Shown here piece by piece: positions 62,119 through 64,000 of a stretch of DNA of 64,000 nucleotides (positions are counted from its first letter, which is position 1; each line of letters starts with the position of its first letter). This stretch comes from an uncultured Planctomycetaceae bacterium (GTDB lineage Bacteria > Planctomycetota > Planctomycetia > Pirellulales > PALSA-1355). The notes beneath the pieces were generated by a model that had not been told where the DNA came from, searched no databases, and worked only from the letters and a program-made list of their open reading frames with translations. Made by a program: the position numbers and the translations under genes. Where the stretch lies: positions 768,001 to 832,000 of the forward strand of contig CAWAUV010000008.1 in NCBI GenBank assembly GCA_963785305.1, in the 5' to 3' direction.

Positions 62119-62290
62119 CGCCAAAGTTCTCTTTCACGTCCTCGATGGCCGGCGGCGGATGATGTTCATCGTCGGGTCATGGCGATCACGTCTTCCGAAA
62201 CGATCAAACCGCTGTTGGCGTCGACGAGCGCCAAGTGCGTGTGGTTCGGCGCGAAACCGCCCTCTTTATCCCGCGGAGAATCGCGATGGT
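62119..62290 (-). pseudogene. Internal fragment of a DDE transposase (IS1182-like)
   Basis: Manual translation DKEGGFAPNHTHLALVDANSGLIVSEDVIAMT/(shift)/DDEHHPPPAIEDVKENFG; no ORF called here. Confidence 0.6.
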
Positions 62291-62340
62291 CCAACGAACC
62301 GTTTATACGCCGTTCCGTGTCGATGACTGTCGCCCGGCGG

Positions 62341-63231
62341 CTACATCAAGCGCCAATCGCCGCTGGCAACCACATAGATGCCCAAGAGCAAGTTCGTCGT
62401 CGCGTGCGCCACCACGCAGTCCCAGATATTGCGAGTGCGGACCATCAGCCAAGTGATGCCCGAAAACCAGACCAGCGCCGCTAGCATTTCGCCCGGATGC
62501 GTGAGCAGCGGAAACACGGTGAGACCCACAAGCGCCGCCGCGTTTACGTGACCAAACGGAACCGACCACCAGTTCGGATGCACAATGAGCCGGGCCAGAA
62601 AGCCGCGGAGAAAAAACTCCTCGATCACCGGCGCCACGATCACGAGCCCGGTGAACCGCAGCAAGAGAAACGCCCCCGCCCATGCCGGATGGCCGGCCAG
62701 TTCGGCCAGCGGATTGTAGGCGCCGCGCACGCCGAAATCGGCCCAGTCGGCAAGCCCCGCCCATGCGAGCAAACTCGATTCGAGCCGCAAGCGGCAGAGT
62801 CCGATCCAGACGACGGCGCCAAGCGCTCCGACCAGCACGGCCCAGCGGCCGAGCCGCCAGCGAAACGATCGATACATGGGCCACGCCGCCGCCATCGCCC
62901 CGAACGTCAGCGCGATCTTCACCAAGTACACGAGCGGATACCAGCGATATTCGATCGCCGTGAGGTTCGCCCAAGCCGGCTTCGGCGGCGGGGCCGGGAC
63001 ATGTTCCTCGGCGGCTGGTTCCTCGCTTTCCACGGCGGCCGAGGCGGCGTGTGGCGCGGGCGTCGGCTCGAGCGACCCGACCACCATGAACACAGCCAGC
63101 GGGGCCACATAGGGCCACCACCGCCAAGCGAGCGGCGGCGCGGCTTGCTTTGAAACGGGTTCGCTTTCCGCGGTCATGCGCGGCGCGGCGGCGCCAGACT
63201 CCGAGACAACGGGGCGATTGCTGTCATCCAT
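62341..63231 (-). CDS. CPBP (CAAX protease-like) intramembrane metalloprotease
   Basis: PVIEEFFLRGF, HPGE and VVAHATTN; start uncertain. Confidence 0.9.
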   Translation of the reverse strand: MDDSNRPVVSESGAAAPRMTAESEPVSKQAAPPLAWRWWPYVAPLAVFMVVGSLEPTPAPHAASAAVESEEPAAEEHVPAPPPKPAWANLTAIEYRWYPLVYLVKIALTFGAMAAAWPMYRSFRWRLGRWAVLVGALGAVVWIGLCRLRLESSLLAWAGLADWADFGVRGAYNPLAELAGHPAWAGAFLLLRFTGLVIVAPVIEEFFLRGFLARLIVHPNWWSVPFGHVNAAALVGLTVFPLLTHPGEMLAALVWFSGITWLMVRTRNIWDCVVAHATTNLLLGIYVVASGDWRLM

Positions 63232-63241
63232 CTGTCGGTTT

Positions 63242-64000
63242 TCAATCGCCAAATTCGCGCCGCGATTCACGCTTTTGAAGCGTCGACGGATAGCGAGCCC
63301 CCAACCGGTCGTGCGCTTGGCTCTTCGCCCATTCGATCGCCACGCCGGCCACGACCAATGCCACCGGCGAAGACAAGGTCAGCGACGAATTCTCCGCGGA
63401 GGCCGGCGCAGGCGCGACTAGGATCGCCGGCTCGTCGAAGTCGAGCTCGACCGAAGACCACACCGCGTCGACCACCGCGGGCGAGAGCGATCCCGCGGGG
63501 ATGCCGGCCGCGGCATGCAGAACGCTTTGATTCAGCGCGGCCGCGCGGATATCGCCCAAGGTCGCCGCGAGATCGCTCCGAACACGGTCGCTCGAAGCGA
63601 GCTCGCGCGACGAGGCCAAGTCGCTGGTGTTCGAAGTCGCGCCGACATTGAAGGTCAGGTCGCGGCTTTCGGCGAGCGAACTCGAATCGCTCGCCGCGTT
63701 CGTCTCGGCGAAATCCGAGTTTTGATCGCCGAAGGCGATCATTCGCGAAGGGGCGGTCGAGCTGGTGTCCGGCGCGCTCGCGCCTGCCGCGGCGCTCGAA
63801 GTATTATCGGTCGCCAGCACACCGGTCGGCTGAATTCCAACCAAGGCGGTCGAAGACGTGGCCGCGGCCGGTCCGGCGGAATTATCCTCCGAAGCCAGGA
63901 CCGTCGTGACAAAGGCGTCGACAACCGCCGCGACCGATGCGGTTGTGGTCGACGAGCCGATGTCGTCCATGCGGCCGCCAAAGCCGAAGAAGCCGCTGAA
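63242..64000 (-). CDS. C-terminal part of a large Ser/Thr/Ala/Asp-rich (probably secreted/surface) protein, truncated by the window end
   Basis: Low-complexity acidic ORF that appears to continue towards the window edge. Confidence 0.55.
   Translation of the reverse strand, partial: FSGFFGFGGRMDDIGSSTTTASVAAVVDAFVTTVLASEDNSAGPAAATSSTALVGIQPTGVLATDNTSSAAAGASAPDTSSTAPSRMIAFGDQNSDFAETNAASDSSSLAESRDLTFNVGATSNTSDLASSRELASSDRVRSDLAATLGDIRAAALNQSVLHAAAGIPAGSLSPAVVDAVWSSVELDFDEPAILVAPAPASAENSSLTLSSPVALVVAGVAIEWAKSQAHDRLGARYPSTLQKRESRREFGD

Noticed and set aside
1..64000. tRNA, rRNA, riboswitch or integrase/att site
   Set aside because: None recognised by eye; a covariance-model scan (tRNAscan-SE, Infernal/Rfam) would be needed to exclude them

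Overview
GC-rich bacterial chromosome segment, most consistent with a planctomycete (Pirellulales-like). Markers are DUF1559 prepilin-like, YdjY-like and DUF3500-like genes and planctomycete-style REP-like palindromes. The backbone (about 12-64 kb) holds a partial flagellar cluster (flbD-motA-motB-fliL-fliN-fliO-fliP-fliQ-fliR-flhB), rpmI-rplT-pheS-pheT, yggS, queA, metF, several proteases and oxidoreductases, and a TetR-controlled efflux operon with two tandem RND permeases. Many backbone genes, including essential rplT and pheT, carry frameshifts that are most likely assembly indels. Two visibly less GC-rich accessory loci stand out. (1) At 1.2-7.0 kb, a HigB/HigA-like toxin-antitoxin pair leads a tightly coupled four-enzyme operon: GT2 glycosyltransferase, CX5CX2C radical SAM enzyme, a methyltransferase fused to an NDP-kinase-like domain, and an ATP-grasp ligase. 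A decayed RAYT transposase with its repeats borders it. (2) At 9.0-11.8 kb, a polymorphic-toxin-like gene (three Hint-like repeats, a Hint domain lacking its N-terminal block, and a C-terminal domain resembling Bacillus transglutaminase Tgl) and a candidate exported partner sit between two sugar-metabolism genes. All family calls are by-eye motif recognition; no database search was run. No rRNA, tRNA or CRISPR array was found.
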